Origin: Bacteroidales bacterium
Lineage (GTDB): Bacteria > Bacteroidota > Bacteroidia > Bacteroidales > UBA932
DNA length: 64,000 nt
Direction: 5' to 3'
Assembly: GCA_024398105.1 (NCBI GenBank)
Contig: JAKSJP010000003.1
Coordinates: forward strand, 19,780-83,779
Under the pieces are notes generated by a model, which was not told the origin of the DNA, ran no database searches, and saw nothing but the letters and a program-made list of their open reading frames with translations. A program made the position numbers and the translations under genes. This document shows, one piece after another, positions 36,702-46,809 of the stretch (the stretch's first letter is position 1; each line of letters opens with the position of its first letter).

Positions 36702-38603
36702 TTAAAGTGAAGGATGTACAGGGATGATGGTACCGTCAGGGTTGAACTCCATCCTGTCGATGCAGACTTCCCTGTTGTAGCCACCTGAAAGGCCCATCTT
36801 CACACCTTCTGGACGTGTGAAGCGATGGTAGACTATGTACCACTCGTCGGTTCCAGGCATGCAGATGACCGAATGGTGTCCTGTTCCGAAGATCTGGAGA
36901 GAAGGATCCTGCTGGATCACGATGGTCTCCTCGACCTTCGCAGGCTTACCGTTGCGCACGAGCTCGGTAGGAGAATCCGAGATGAGATAGCGGACTCTGT
37001 AATAAGATGAACGGGTGATGTTCTCAGACCACATGAAGTAGTAGAGGCCGTTGCGCTCGAAAACGTATGAGCCCTCGAGATAGTGGTACTCACCTATCTT
37101 CGATCTTGGGATGAGCTCATGCATGGTGCCAGGCACAAGCGAGATCATATCGTCCGCAAGCTCTGCCATCCAGAGGTATGAATTGCCCCAGTAGAGATAG
37201 TACTTGCCGGTCTTAGGATCCTGGAACACATCAGGGTCGATGATCTGGTTAGGAGCGTTGATCTCCTCCTGGGTAAGGAGGGCCTTTCCGAGCACGTCCT
37301 TGAAAGGTCCTTCAGGACGGTCAGCCACAGCCACGCCGATGGTTCCATGGTGAACGAAATAGAAGTAGTACTTGTAACCCTTTATCTTAGTGTGCTTTGC
37401 ATTCTTATAGACAGGCCTCTCGATGATACATGGAGCCCATGCGTACTCCCTGTCACCCCATGTGAGGTCACGCAGGTCGAGGATCACGCCCTCGTCCTTC
37501 CATGTCTTGAAGTCCTCAGATGAAAGGCAGTGGAAATCAAAGCTGTGCCAGCCGTAAGCGCCATCAGTGGTCGGATAGATGTAGAACTTGCCGGTCTTCT
37601 CACTGTAAAGGACCTCAGGGTCAGCATGGAGATTAGGAAAGATAGGATTCTTGACGTTCGGAGCAAGATGCTTTGGCTCCTCGGCGTCGCTCCACTTCTG
37701 GAGCCTCTCGTACTCCTGCTGGTTTAGAGTGATGAACGAGCCCTTGTCAGGACCGTAGAGGCCCTCGATGTTCTTCGCGCCATAGAATCTGGTCATTCCC
37801 TCGTCAGAAGAACAGAGACGGTAGCCACCCGTAGTGTGGTCCACATAGCCGAACTGCCAGCCCTTCTGCTCCTTCACCTTGAGAGAAGCATAGCTTCCTG
37901 TACCGTTGCCTCTCTCGACGTCGAACGACTGGGATGGCTTTGCCCAAGGTCCCTCTACACTCTGGGAGAATGCTACCATGAACCCGGACTGGCTGAGGTC
38001 ATCGACGACCATCGCATATCTGCCGTCCTCCGGCATCCAGGTGATGTCGACGCTGCCGACAGGAATGTCCCAGCCGAAAAGCTGAGCCTCGTCGCCGGTC
38101 TGGGAGAGCGACCTGTCGAGGCGGCAGAACCAGATGCTGTCTGTGCCGAGCTTGTTGAAATAGAGGACGTACGAGCTGCCGTCCCAGATGAGCTTCGCGT
38201 CTGAAGCCGGAGAAATCTTCGGAGAAGCCACTGTCTTCCAGCTGATGAGGTCCTCGCTGGTCTGAAGGACCATGGTACCTCCGATCTCGCTTGTCACCAT
38301 CACATAGCCCTTTCCTTCCGCCCTGCGGCAGAGGAAGACATTGGTAACGACACCCTTAGGACCCTTGTCGTCCTGCGAGAAGATCGAATCTCCGCAGAGC
38401 ATGTCGTGGAAATGGATCGCGTCAGGAGAGGTCGCGAAGGCAGGCCACTGTCCATGGGCGGACTTATGGGCGAACATATAGCCATAGACTTCGTCCTCCG
38501 GGATCGAATAGTTGCCGTTCTGGGCAAATGACACGGATGTCGAGGCAGCGAATGCAAGTGCAGCCGCCATGACCGGGATCTTAAGAATGTACTTCACTGT
38601 CAA
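36702..38603 (-). CDS. Two-domain GH43-family glycoside hydrolase
   Basis: 633 aa. The ORF-track start 38603 is TTG and the next ATG is 38570; the start is uncertain, but the TTG version gives a better signal peptide. The C-terminal half has NPIFPNLHADPEV, IDPDVFQDPKTGKYYLYWG and YLEGSYVFERNGLYYF. The N-terminal half is propeller-like. Confidence 0.8.
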   Translation of the reverse strand: MTVKYILKIPVMAAALAFAASTSVSFAQNGNYSIPEDEVYGYMFAHKSAHGQWPAFATSPDAIHFHDMLCGDSIFSQDDKGPKGVVTNVFLCRRAEGKGYVMVTSEIGGTMVLQTSEDLISWKTVASPKISPASDAKLIWDGSSYVLYFNKLGTDSIWFCRLDRSLSQTGDEAQLFGWDIPVGSVDITWMPEDGRYAMVVDDLSQSGFMVAFSQSVEGPWAKPSQSFDVERGNGTGSYASLKVKEQKGWQFGYVDHTTGGYRLCSSDEGMTRFYGAKNIEGLYGPDKGSFITLNQQEYERLQKWSDAEEPKHLAPNVKNPIFPNLHADPEVLYSEKTGKFYIYPTTDGAYGWHSFDFHCLSSEDFKTWKDEGVILDLRDLTWGDREYAWAPCIIERPVYKNAKHTKIKGYKYYFYFVHHGTIGVAVADRPEGPFKDVLGKALLTQEEINAPNQIIDPDVFQDPKTGKYYLYWGNSYLWMAELADDMISLVPGTMHELIPRSKIGEYHYLEGSYVFERNGLYYFMWSENITRSSYYRVRYLISDSPTELVRNGKPAKVEETIVIQQDPSLQIFGTGHHSVICMPGTDEWYIVYHRFTRPEGVKMGLSGGYNREVCIDRMEFNPDGTIIPVHPSL

Positions 38604-38620
38604 TCAACATATTTGGTTAT

Positions 38621-39328
38621 CTACTTTTGGCCGACATACATGCGGCAGATGCCGAAAGTGAAGGCCTTGTGCTGGACCCTGCTGTATCCACATGAAGCCA
38701 TCGTCGCCATCCATTCCTTCTTTCCTGGAAATTTCAGCACAGAGGCAGGCAGATAGTTGTATGCGGCCTGGTCGCCGGAGATCTTGCCTCCGATAAGCGG
38801 GAGAATCCTGGTGAAATAGAGATTGTAGCACCAACGGATGATTGGATTCGCAGGGACGGAGAGTTCCAGGATGACGAGCTTTCCGCCAGGCCTGAGCACC
38901 CTGAGGATTTCACGCAGAGCAGCCTCCCTGTGCTCGAAGTTACGAATGCCGAAAGCGATTGTGACGCGGTCGAAGCTGTCATCTGCGAAATCCATCTTCT
39001 CGCAGTCCCCCTGCTCGGCGGTGATCCGATCCTGCAGGCCGAGCTTCGCGACCTTCTGCCTCATTACCTCGAGCATGCCGGCGGACAGGTCAAGGCCGTG
39101 GACCATGGTACCATGATCCGACTTCCTTGCGATTGCGATACTGAAGTCGCCGGTACCGCAGGCGATATCGAGTATCTCCTGTTTCTTTCCCTTCTCGACG
39201 ATCTGCTTCAAGGCCCTGCGCCTCCACGTCCTGTCGATGTCAAGGGACATTATATGGTTGAGGCGGTCGTAGTCTTTTGCTATCGAGTCGAACATCTGCT
39301 CGACGTTTTCTTTCTTTGGTCCGTTCAT
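38621..39328 (-). CDS. ubiE: Demethylmenaquinone methyltransferase (UbiE/MenG family)
   Basis: 235 aa. MFDSIAKDYDRLNHIMSLDIDRTWRR, SAM motif ILDIACGTGD, and RVLRPGGKLVILE. Confidence 0.9.
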   Translation of the reverse strand: MNGPKKENVEQMFDSIAKDYDRLNHIMSLDIDRTWRRRALKQIVEKGKKQEILDIACGTGDFSIAIARKSDHGTMVHGLDLSAGMLEVMRQKVAKLGLQDRITAEQGDCEKMDFADDSFDRVTIAFGIRNFEHREAALREILRVLRPGGKLVILELSVPANPIIRWCYNLYFTRILPLIGGKISGDQAAYNYLPASVLKFPGKKEWMATMASCGYSRVQHKAFTFGICRMYVGQK

Positions 39329-39446
39329 ATTACAAAATTAACATCTAAATGGCTGAGAAACAAGATTTTTGATACCATTATTCATAAATAGGAATATTAT
39401 TCATACTATTTTCATTAAATTATTAGACAAATGTTGGAAAAACTAA

Positions 39447-39454
39447 TATCTTTG
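39447..39454 (+). promoter_or_regulatory. Candidate -7 box (TATCTTTG) for the SusC/SusD locus
   Basis: Exact TAnnTTTG match in the 326-bp AT-rich intergenic region, 201 nt upstream of ATG 39655. This implies a long leader, so confidence is low. Confidence 0.25.
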
Positions 39455-39654
39455 CATCTTAAAGTGTTTCCCAAAACGCCTTCTGACTGTACAGAAAGCA
39501 ATCCTTTACCGGATTTTCGAGGCACAGAAAACATCAATTTATAACTCTTGCATCTTTATTCATTACAAATAGCAATGGATAATGATGTGATTTGTTATAA
39601 ATGCTTACTTATTGCCAATATACAGTAATAATTTAATATTTTAACTATCGCCCA

Positions 39655-42600
39655 ATGAAAAAGGCTAGACTTATTTTAGCAGTGATCGCGATGCTTGCGT
39701 TCTCTCTCAGTGCCTATGCACAGCAGAGAACCGTCAAAGGTACCGTGACCGCCGAAGAAGACGGATTGCCAGCAATTGGCGTCTCTGTCTTTGTGAAAGG
39801 CAATACCAAACTTGGTACTGTCACAGACCTGGACGGTAAATTCAGCCTCAGCGTGCCTGCGTCTGCAACGCAGCTCATCGTTTCGTCGCTGGGTTACCTC
39901 GAGCAGGTAGTCGACATCCAGCCTGAGATGGAAATCGTTCTCAAGCCAGACTCAGAAATGCTTGAGCAGGTTGTCGTCACAGGTATGCAGAAGATGGACA
40001 GACGACTGTTCACAGGTTCTACCACCAAGATCGAAGCTTCCGAGTCCCAGATCAACGGTATGGCCGACATCAGCCGCTCCCTCGAAGGAAGAGCAGCCGG
40101 TGTCTCAGTCCAGAACGTATCAGGTACCTTCGGTACAGCACCTAAGATCCGTGTCCGTGGTGCAACATCTATCTACGGTTCGTCAAAACCACTCTGGGTC
40201 GTTGACGGTGTGATTATGGAAGACGTAGTCGACGTAAGCGCCGACCAGCTTTCTTCCGGAGACGCCAACACCCTCATCTCATCAGCTATCGCCGGACTCA
40301 ACTCTGAAGATATCGAGAGCTTCGACATCCTCAAGGACGGTTCCGCTACCTCTATTTATGGTGCGCGCGCGATGGCCGGTGTCATCGTCGTAACCACCAA
40401 GAAGGGTAAGGCAGGAGCTACAAGGCTTAACTACACAGGTGAATTCACAATGCGCCTCAAGCCTTCTTACAGCACCTTCAACATCATGAACTCCCAGGAC
40501 CAGATGGAAATCTACCAGGAGCTCGAGCAGAAGGGCTACCTCACATACGCTTCGACAGCGAACGCCTCATCAAGCGGTATCTATGGTAAGATGTACCAGC
40601 TCATCGGCCAGTACAACACAACCAGCGGCCAGTTCGGTCTCGCAAATACCCCTGAAGCACGCGCCCAGTACCTCAGAGCAGCTGAGTACAGGAACACCGA
40701 CTGGTTCGGTCTCCTCTTCTCCATGGCTCCTCAGCAGAACCACTCAGTGAGTGCATCCGGCGGTTCTGACAAGGGTACATACTACGCATCTCTCTCGTTG
40801 ATGGATGACCCAGGTTGGACAAAGCAGTCTGACGTACGCCGTTACACTGCCAACCTCAACACAACCTACAAGTTCCTCGACAACCTCAGCTTCAACCTCA
40901 TCTCCAACGCATCTTACCGTAACCAGAGAGCACCTGGAACCCTCGGTCAGACAACTGACGTCGTTTCCGGAGAGGTTAAGCGTGACTTCGATATCAACCC
41001 ATACTCATACGCCCTCAACACATCACGTGCGCTTGATCCAAACGAGTACTACACCAGGAACTACTCGAAGTTCAACATCATGCACGAGCTCGACAACAAC
41101 TACATCGACCTCAACGTGACTGACTTCCGTATCCAGGGCGAGGTGAAGTTCACACCTATCAAGAGCCTCGAGTTCAGTGCGATCGGTGCTGCCAAGTACA
41201 CCCATACCTCACAGGAGCACTATATCCTCGATGAGTCGAACCAGGCACTTGCATACCGTGAGATGAGCACATCTACCATCCGCAACAGCAACCCTTACCT
41301 CTATACTGACCCAGACAACCCATACTCACTTCCTATTTCGGTTCTCCCAGTAGGTGGTATCTATGAGCGTGAGGACAACTCAATGATGGGTTACGACTTC
41401 CGTGCTACAGCCAACTACAACAAGACTTTCGCTGGAAAGCATATCGTGAATCTCTATGGCGGTACCGAGATCAACAGCATCGAGCGCCATGGTTCATGGT
41501 TCCGTGCATGGGGTATCCAGTACGGAATGGGTGAGACACCTAACTACGACTACCGTGTATTCAAGAGAGGTAACGAGGAGAACTCAAACTACTACAGCAT
41601 GACCAACAGGCATGACCGCAGTGCTGCATTCTTCGCAAACGGTACCTACTCATACGACGGACGTTACGTCATCAACGGCACCTACCGTTACGAGGGTACC
41701 AACAAGCTCGGCAAGAGCCGTCAGGCACGCTGGCTCCCTACATGGAACATCTCCGGAGCATGGAACATGAGCGAGGAGAAGTGGATGAGCAACCTCTATC
41801 CTGCACTTTCACACCTCAGCCTCAAGGCTTCCTACTCACTTACCGCTGACCGTGGCCCTTCTACAGTGACCAACTCAGCCGTGATCATCAGCTCTACGAC
41901 TCCGTGGAGACCTTTCACAAGCGTACGTGAGTCAGAGCTCTACATCCAGGACCTCGCCAACACAGACCTCACATACGAGAAGAAGAAGGAGCTCAACCTC
42001 GGTTTCGAGGCCGGCTTCATCGACAACAGGATCAACTTCACCTTCGACTGGTACACACGTAACAACTACGACCTCATCGGTGTGATCAACACCCAGGGTA
42101 TCGGTGGACAGGTTGAAAAGATGGGTAACATCGCTACCATGAAGTCAGGCGGTTATGAGATCTCACTCTCTACCACCAACATCAAGAACAAGGACTTCTG
42201 CTGGACCACAAACCTCATCTTCTCGCACGCCCAGACAAAGGTCACAGACCTCAAGACAACCGTCAGGATGATCGACCTCATCACAGGTAACGGTTTCGCA
42301 CAGGAAGGCTACCCTGTACGTGGTATCTTCTCAATTCCTTTCGTAGGCCTCAATGAGCAGGGTCTCCCTGTATTCAAGGACCAGGATGGAAACGAGTCAG
42401 TCACAGGCGTCTACTTCCAGGAGTCTGAGCCAGAGAAGCTCAAGTTCCTTGAGTACTCAGGCAGCGCTGACCCTACAGACGTAGGTTCACTCGGAAACAC
42501 ATTCCAGTGGAAGAACTTCCGCCTCAACGCATTCATCACCTACTCATTCGGCAACGTCATCCGTCTTGACCCTGTATTCAGCAGCAGCTACAACGACCTT

Positions 42601-42987
42601 GACTCAATGCCTAAGGAGTTCAAGAACAGATGGACCGTTCCAGGAGATGAGAAGTACACTACTATCCCAGTGATCGCAAGTGCATGGCAGAACAAGCAGA
42701 ATTCACAGCTCAGCTATGCATACAACGCATACAACTACTCATCTGAGCGTATCGCAAGGGGCGACTTCATCCGTATGAAGGAAATCTCCCTCAGCTATGA
42801 CTTCCCTAAGTCTCTCGTAGAAAAGATGAAGCTCAACAGCCTCGGACTCAAGCTCCAGGCTACGAACCTCTTCCTCCTCTATGCAGACAAGAAGCTCAAC
42901 GGACAGGATCCTGAGTTCTTCAACACCGGTGGTGTAGCAGTGCCTATGCCTAAGCAGTTCACCTTCACACTCAAGATCGGTCTTTAA
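39655..42987 (+). CDS. SusC/RagA-family TonB-dependent outer-membrane transporter
   Basis: 1110 aa with signal peptide ...SAYA|Q. CarboxypepD_reg-like N-domain (VKGTVTAEEDGLPAIGVSVFVKG...TDLDGKFSL), plug (GRAAGVSVQ...IRVRGATS) and a C-terminal barrel ending FTFTLKIGL. No STN domain. Confidence 0.93.
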   Translation: MKKARLILAVIAMLAFSLSAYAQQRTVKGTVTAEEDGLPAIGVSVFVKGNTKLGTVTDLDGKFSLSVPASATQLIVSSLGYLEQVVDIQPEMEIVLKPDSEMLEQVVVTGMQKMDRRLFTGSTTKIEASESQINGMADISRSLEGRAAGVSVQNVSGTFGTAPKIRVRGATSIYGSSKPLWVVDGVIMEDVVDVSADQLSSGDANTLISSAIAGLNSEDIESFDILKDGSATSIYGARAMAGVIVVTTKKGKAGATRLNYTGEFTMRLKPSYSTFNIMNSQDQMEIYQELEQKGYLTYASTANASSSGIYGKMYQLIGQYNTTSGQFGLANTPEARAQYLRAAEYRNTDWFGLLFSMAPQQNHSVSASGGSDKGTYYASLSLMDDPGWTKQSDVRRYTANLNTTYKFLDNLSFNLISNASYRNQRAPGTLGQTTDVVSGEVKRDFDINPYSYALNTSRALDPNEYYTRNYSKFNIMHELDNNYIDLNVTDFRIQGEVKFTPIKSLEFSAIGAAKYTHTSQEHYILDESNQALAYREMSTSTIRNSNPYLYTDPDNPYSLPISVLPVGGIYEREDNSMMGYDFRATANYNKTFAGKHIVNLYGGTEINSIERHGSWFRAWGIQYGMGETPNYDYRVFKRGNEENSNYYSMTNRHDRSAAFFANGTYSYDGRYVINGTYRYEGTNKLGKSRQARWLPTWNISGAWNMSEEKWMSNLYPALSHLSLKASYSLTADRGPSTVTNSAVIISSTTPWRPFTSVRESELYIQDLANTDLTYEKKKELNLGFEAGFIDNRINFTFDWYTRNNYDLIGVINTQGIGGQVEKMGNIATMKSGGYEISLSTTNIKNKDFCWTTNLIFSHAQTKVTDLKTTVRMIDLITGNGFAQEGYPVRGIFSIPFVGLNEQGLPVFKDQDGNESVTGVYFQESEPEKLKFLEYSGSADPTDVGSLGNTFQWKNFRLNAFITYSFGNVIRLDPVFSSSYNDLDSMPKEFKNRWTVPGDEKYTTIPVIASAWQNKQNSQLSYAYNAYNYSSERIARGDFIRMKEISLSYDFPKSLVEKMKLNSLGLKLQATNLFLLYADKKLNGQDPEFFNTGGVAVPMPKQFTFTLKIGL

Positions 42988-43005
42988 TCAATGGAGGGAA
43001 TAATT

Positions 43006-44589
43006 ATGAAAATGAACAGAATCATATACTCATTCGCAGCTCTCGCACTTCTCGCTACATCCTGTGACAAGTTCCTCGATGTAATGCCTGACAACCGTAC
43101 AGAGCTGAACAATCAGGAGAAGATCAGGACTTTCCTCACATCTGCATATCCTGAGACAGACTATATGCTCGTCACAGAGTTCTCTTCTGACAACGTAGAC
43201 GACTATGGTGAGAACAATCCTAACCATGACCGTTTCATCGACCAGGTCTATTTCTGGCAGGACATCACCGAGACAGACAACGAGGACACTGAGAACCTCT
43301 GGGGTAACAGCTACATCGCGATCGCAGCAGCCAACCAGGCAATCGAGGCTATCAACAACATGGGTGGTCCCGAAGAAGCAGGAATGCAGGCTGAGATGGC
43401 GGAGGCGCTTCTTTCACGTGCCTACAACCACTTCATCCTCGTAACCGTATTCGCTCAGGCATACTCAAAAGAGACTGCGGAAAGCGACCCAGGTGTGACC
43501 TACATGCTCCAGCCAGAGCAGGGCCTCAACCCTAAGTACAAGAGAAACACTGTCGCAGAGGTCTACGACTTTATCGACAAGGACCTCCAGGCAGCTCTCC
43601 CATATGTGAGCGACCAGTACTACACAGTACCTAAGTACCACTTCAACAAGAAGGCGGCATATGCGTTCGCTACCAGGTTCTACCTCTACTACGAGAAGTG
43701 GGATGAGGCTGTGAAGTGGGCTGACGCATGTCTCGGCACCCAGCCTGAATCGCTCCTTCGTGACTGGAAGAACGTCGCGACTCTCACAAAGGACGAGGAC
43801 GTCATCATGCAGCACTACATCGACGCAGGTCTCAACTGCAACCTTCTTCTCCTTACCGCATACTCAAAGATGGGCCTCTGCTTCGGTCCATACAGGGTCT
43901 ATTCAAGATATTCTCATGGTTCATACCTCGCCAACAACGAGACAGGTATTGCACTGGCAAATATCCTTGGATACGCCAAGGACAGTGATTTCTACTACTC
44001 TCCAATGTACAGATACACTGCCACAAACCTTGACAAGACTATCTTCTGGAAACTGCCTTACCTCTTTGAGTACACCGACCCTGTCGCACAGATAGGCTAC
44101 TACCGTACAGTATATCCAGCTCTTACTACCGATATGGCACTCCTCGAGAGAGCAGAGGCCAAGATACTCCTCAAGCAGTACGACGCAGCAGTGGAGGACA
44201 TCAACATCTGGATCGGCAACATCTCAAAGAAGGGCGGAAACTACACTGCAGAGCAGATCATATCAGCAATCAAGGCACTCCCATACAGCAAATGGGACGA
44301 ATCTTCTCCTAAGAAGAGACTCAACCCTGGTTTCGAGATCGGTGCAGAAGGTTCCCCACAGGAAAGCCTTCTCCAGTTCGTTCTCCTTCTCAAGAGAGTC
44401 GAGGGCCTTCAGCTTGGTCTCAGATGGTTTGACATCAACCGCTACGGAATCGAGATCGAGCGTCGTGTCATCGGCATGGACGGAGAGCCTGAGTCATACC
44501 AGGACAAGCTCAGCGTACGTGACCCTAGAAGAGCTATCCAGATCCCTAAGAAGGTTACCGACGCAGGTTATGAGCCTAACAAACGTTAA
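43006..44589 (+). CDS. SusD/RagB-family outer-membrane lipoprotein
   Basis: The ORF runs from 42991; the likely start is ATG 43006 (MKMNRIIYSFAALALLATS|CDKF). TPR-like helical protein directly after SusC (WGNSYIAIAAANQAIE). Confidence 0.85.
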   Translation: MKMNRIIYSFAALALLATSCDKFLDVMPDNRTELNNQEKIRTFLTSAYPETDYMLVTEFSSDNVDDYGENNPNHDRFIDQVYFWQDITETDNEDTENLWGNSYIAIAAANQAIEAINNMGGPEEAGMQAEMAEALLSRAYNHFILVTVFAQAYSKETAESDPGVTYMLQPEQGLNPKYKRNTVAEVYDFIDKDLQAALPYVSDQYYTVPKYHFNKKAAYAFATRFYLYYEKWDEAVKWADACLGTQPESLLRDWKNVATLTKDEDVIMQHYIDAGLNCNLLLLTAYSKMGLCFGPYRVYSRYSHGSYLANNETGIALANILGYAKDSDFYYSPMYRYTATNLDKTIFWKLPYLFEYTDPVAQIGYYRTVYPALTTDMALLERAEAKILLKQYDAAVEDINIWIGNISKKGGNYTAEQIISAIKALPYSKWDESSPKKRLNPGFEIGAEGSPQESLLQFVLLLKRVEGLQLGLRWFDINRYGIEIERRVIGMDGEPESYQDKLSVRDPRRAIQIPKKVTDAGYEPNKR

Positions 44590-44601
44590 TTCCGGCAGAG
44601 T

Positions 44602-45504
44602 ATGAAAATGAAAAAGAATATTTTTATCATAGCAGCTATGGCTGCGGCACTCTTTGGAGCCGTTGCATGCCAGGAGGACGCCCTTGATCCAAACAGCGTC
44701 ATCAAGGCAGACAGCTACGAGAAGAATGCTTTCGACAAGTGGCTTGAGGTCAACTACGTCAACCCTTACAACATCGACTTCAAGTATCGTTTCGAGATGA
44801 ACGAGTCCGACATGAACTACTACACAGTTCCGGCTCCTCTCGAAAGCTCTATCATGATGGCTCATCTTGTGAAATACCTCTGTATCGACACATACGACGA
44901 GGTGGCAGGTATCGAGTTCACACGTGGATACTTCCCTAAGATGTTCTTCCTTATCGGCGAGTGGGAATACCGCAACAACGGTACTATCATCCTCGGTACG
45001 GCAGAAGGTGGAAAGAAGATCCTCCTCTCAGGTATCATCTATCTTCCTCTGTACATCCAAGCCGGAGCTGATGCACTCAACGAGTACTACATCAAGACAA
45101 TCCACCATGAGTTCACCCATATCCTGAACCAGACCAAGGACTTCCCTACCGACTTCAAGCTCGTGACCGGTTCAGGTTATGTAGCCGACAGCTGGAGCGA
45201 GGAGCCTTACGACAGGGAATACCTCCAGAACGGATTCATCAGTGCGTACTCACAGTACTCTGAGGGCGAGGATTTCGCCGAGATGCTCTCCATCTACATC
45301 ACCAACGACCAGGCATACTGGGACGCACAGCTCAAGGCTGCCGGAGACGGTGCTGCTGCCATCAATACTAAGCTTGACATCGTCAGAGGCTACATGAAGG
45401 ACAGCTGGGGAATCGACATCAACGAACTCCGCTCAACCATCCTCAGACGTCAGAATGACGTGATCAAGGGCAAGGTTGACCTCACAGACATTTCAATCGA
45501 CTAA
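44602..45504 (+). CDS. Substrate-import-associated zinc metallohydrolase lipoprotein (putative zinc-binding metallopeptidase)
   Basis: 300 aa with lipobox GAVA|CQED. HExxH motif in IHHEFTHILNQ. Position after SusD and before a DUF4302 gene matches the family context I recall (TIGR04549-type). Confidence 0.7.
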   Translation: MKMKKNIFIIAAMAAALFGAVACQEDALDPNSVIKADSYEKNAFDKWLEVNYVNPYNIDFKYRFEMNESDMNYYTVPAPLESSIMMAHLVKYLCIDTYDEVAGIEFTRGYFPKMFFLIGEWEYRNNGTIILGTAEGGKKILLSGIIYLPLYIQAGADALNEYYIKTIHHEFTHILNQTKDFPTDFKLVTGSGYVADSWSEEPYDREYLQNGFISAYSQYSEGEDFAEMLSIYITNDQAYWDAQLKAAGDGAAAINTKLDIVRGYMKDSWGIDINELRSTILRRQNDVIKGKVDLTDISID

Positions 45505-45516
45505 ACGCAGGAAGAT

Positions 45517-46797
45517 ATGAAAATCAGAAACATATTCAGCTTAATTGCAGCTCTTGCATTCATGGTCCCTATGCAGTCATGCCTCAAGGACACAGAGGAG
45601 GTTTTCGAAGACTCTCCGTCAGCAAGACTCTCTGCATACAATGACGGCCTGCACAAGGTCCTCTGCGACGGTGACGGAACCTGGATCATGGAATATTATC
45701 CAGGAGCTAACCAGATGTACGGTGGATACACCTACATCATGAACTTCGCAGAGAAAGAAGTCACCGTGAAGGGCGAGCTTTCAGACAAATCAGCTACAAG
45801 CCTCTACAAGTTCGCAGCGGACAACGGCCCTGTGATCAGCTTCGATTCATACAACGAGGTATTCCACCACTTCTCTACCCCATCTTCTTCTAAGTATGAG
45901 GCATACGGCGGTGACTTCGAGTTCACAATCGTCAACTTCACAGATGACGAAGTAATCCTCAAGGGCAAGAGGACAGGCAACCGCTACACCATGAGAAGAG
46001 CGGAAGCAGGCTTCAAGGCCGATGAGTACCTTGCAGGAATCAATGCTCTCAAGAACAGCTTCAAGGCTCCTGCCATCGAAGGTATGATCGGTGACCTTGC
46101 AGTCACAGGTTCAATCGACCTCAGCAAGAGAACCATCCATATCTTCTATCCAAGCGGAGAGGTTGACGAAGACGGAGAGGAGATCCTCACAGACCTCAGC
46201 TCAGCATTCATCATCACTCCGGAAGGATTCCATATGTACAACCCTATCGAGGTCAACGGCTACACCATCAGGGATCTCTTCTATCTTTCTAACTACAACA
46301 GCGTCACCAACGGTGTGTTCACCCTCAAGGGTAAGCGTCCAGAAGGATATAAGGAGTACGACGAGCTTGTAGGTGACTACAGGATCGTATGGAGCAACGG
46401 TTCCGCAAACGTGACACTCAAGGAGACACCGAACCGCGATTCATTCATCATGACCGGATTCGTCAATGGAAAGGACGTAGTCGTAGGCTATGACGAGGCA
46501 AGGGGTGGCATGTCAATTGTCTACCAGACACTCGGCGCTGACGGAGACCTTACTGTCAGACTCTGTCCATGGGATACATCAGCGGGCTACCTCACCAAGA
46601 CCGAGGGCTCAGGACTCAATATCCAGTACAGCGAGACAGACGGCTACTTCAAGTTCTCTGACAACGGTGCATGGGAAGGTAACAAGGTTGACTCCTTCAT
46701 CATCTATTCATTCAATGCGGCTGACGCGTTCAACGCCGAGTACACCGGCTACGGAAACTCTCGTTTCGTAAGGCTTTCATCGATGACAAAACTTTAA
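45517..46797 (+). CDS. DUF4302-like surface lipoprotein
   Basis: 426 aa with lipobox PMQS|CLKDTEE. N-terminal pattern RLSAYNDGLHKVL...GTWIMEYYPG...YGGYTYIMNF. C-terminal LG-x-W/Y module. Confidence 0.6.
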   Translation: MKIRNIFSLIAALAFMVPMQSCLKDTEEVFEDSPSARLSAYNDGLHKVLCDGDGTWIMEYYPGANQMYGGYTYIMNFAEKEVTVKGELSDKSATSLYKFAADNGPVISFDSYNEVFHHFSTPSSSKYEAYGGDFEFTIVNFTDDEVILKGKRTGNRYTMRRAEAGFKADEYLAGINALKNSFKAPAIEGMIGDLAVTGSIDLSKRTIHIFYPSGEVDEDGEEILTDLSSAFIITPEGFHMYNPIEVNGYTIRDLFYLSNYNSVTNGVFTLKGKRPEGYKEYDELVGDYRIVWSNGSANVTLKETPNRDSFIMTGFVNGKDVVVGYDEARGGMSIVYQTLGADGDLTVRLCPWDTSAGYLTKTEGSGLNIQYSETDGYFKFSDNGAWEGNKVDSFIIYSFNAADAFNAEYTGYGNSRFVRLSSMTKL

Positions 46798-46809
46798 TAG
46801 GGACGGAAA

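Noticed and set aside
39377-39405. Direct 10-bp repeat ATTATTCATA (39377 and 39396), and TTGCATCTT repeated at about 39452 and 39548 upstream of SusC
   Set aside because: These are short repeats in a very AT-rich 326-bp spacer, so chance occurrence is likely. No palindromic or phased structure comparable to the 12543-12613 array.
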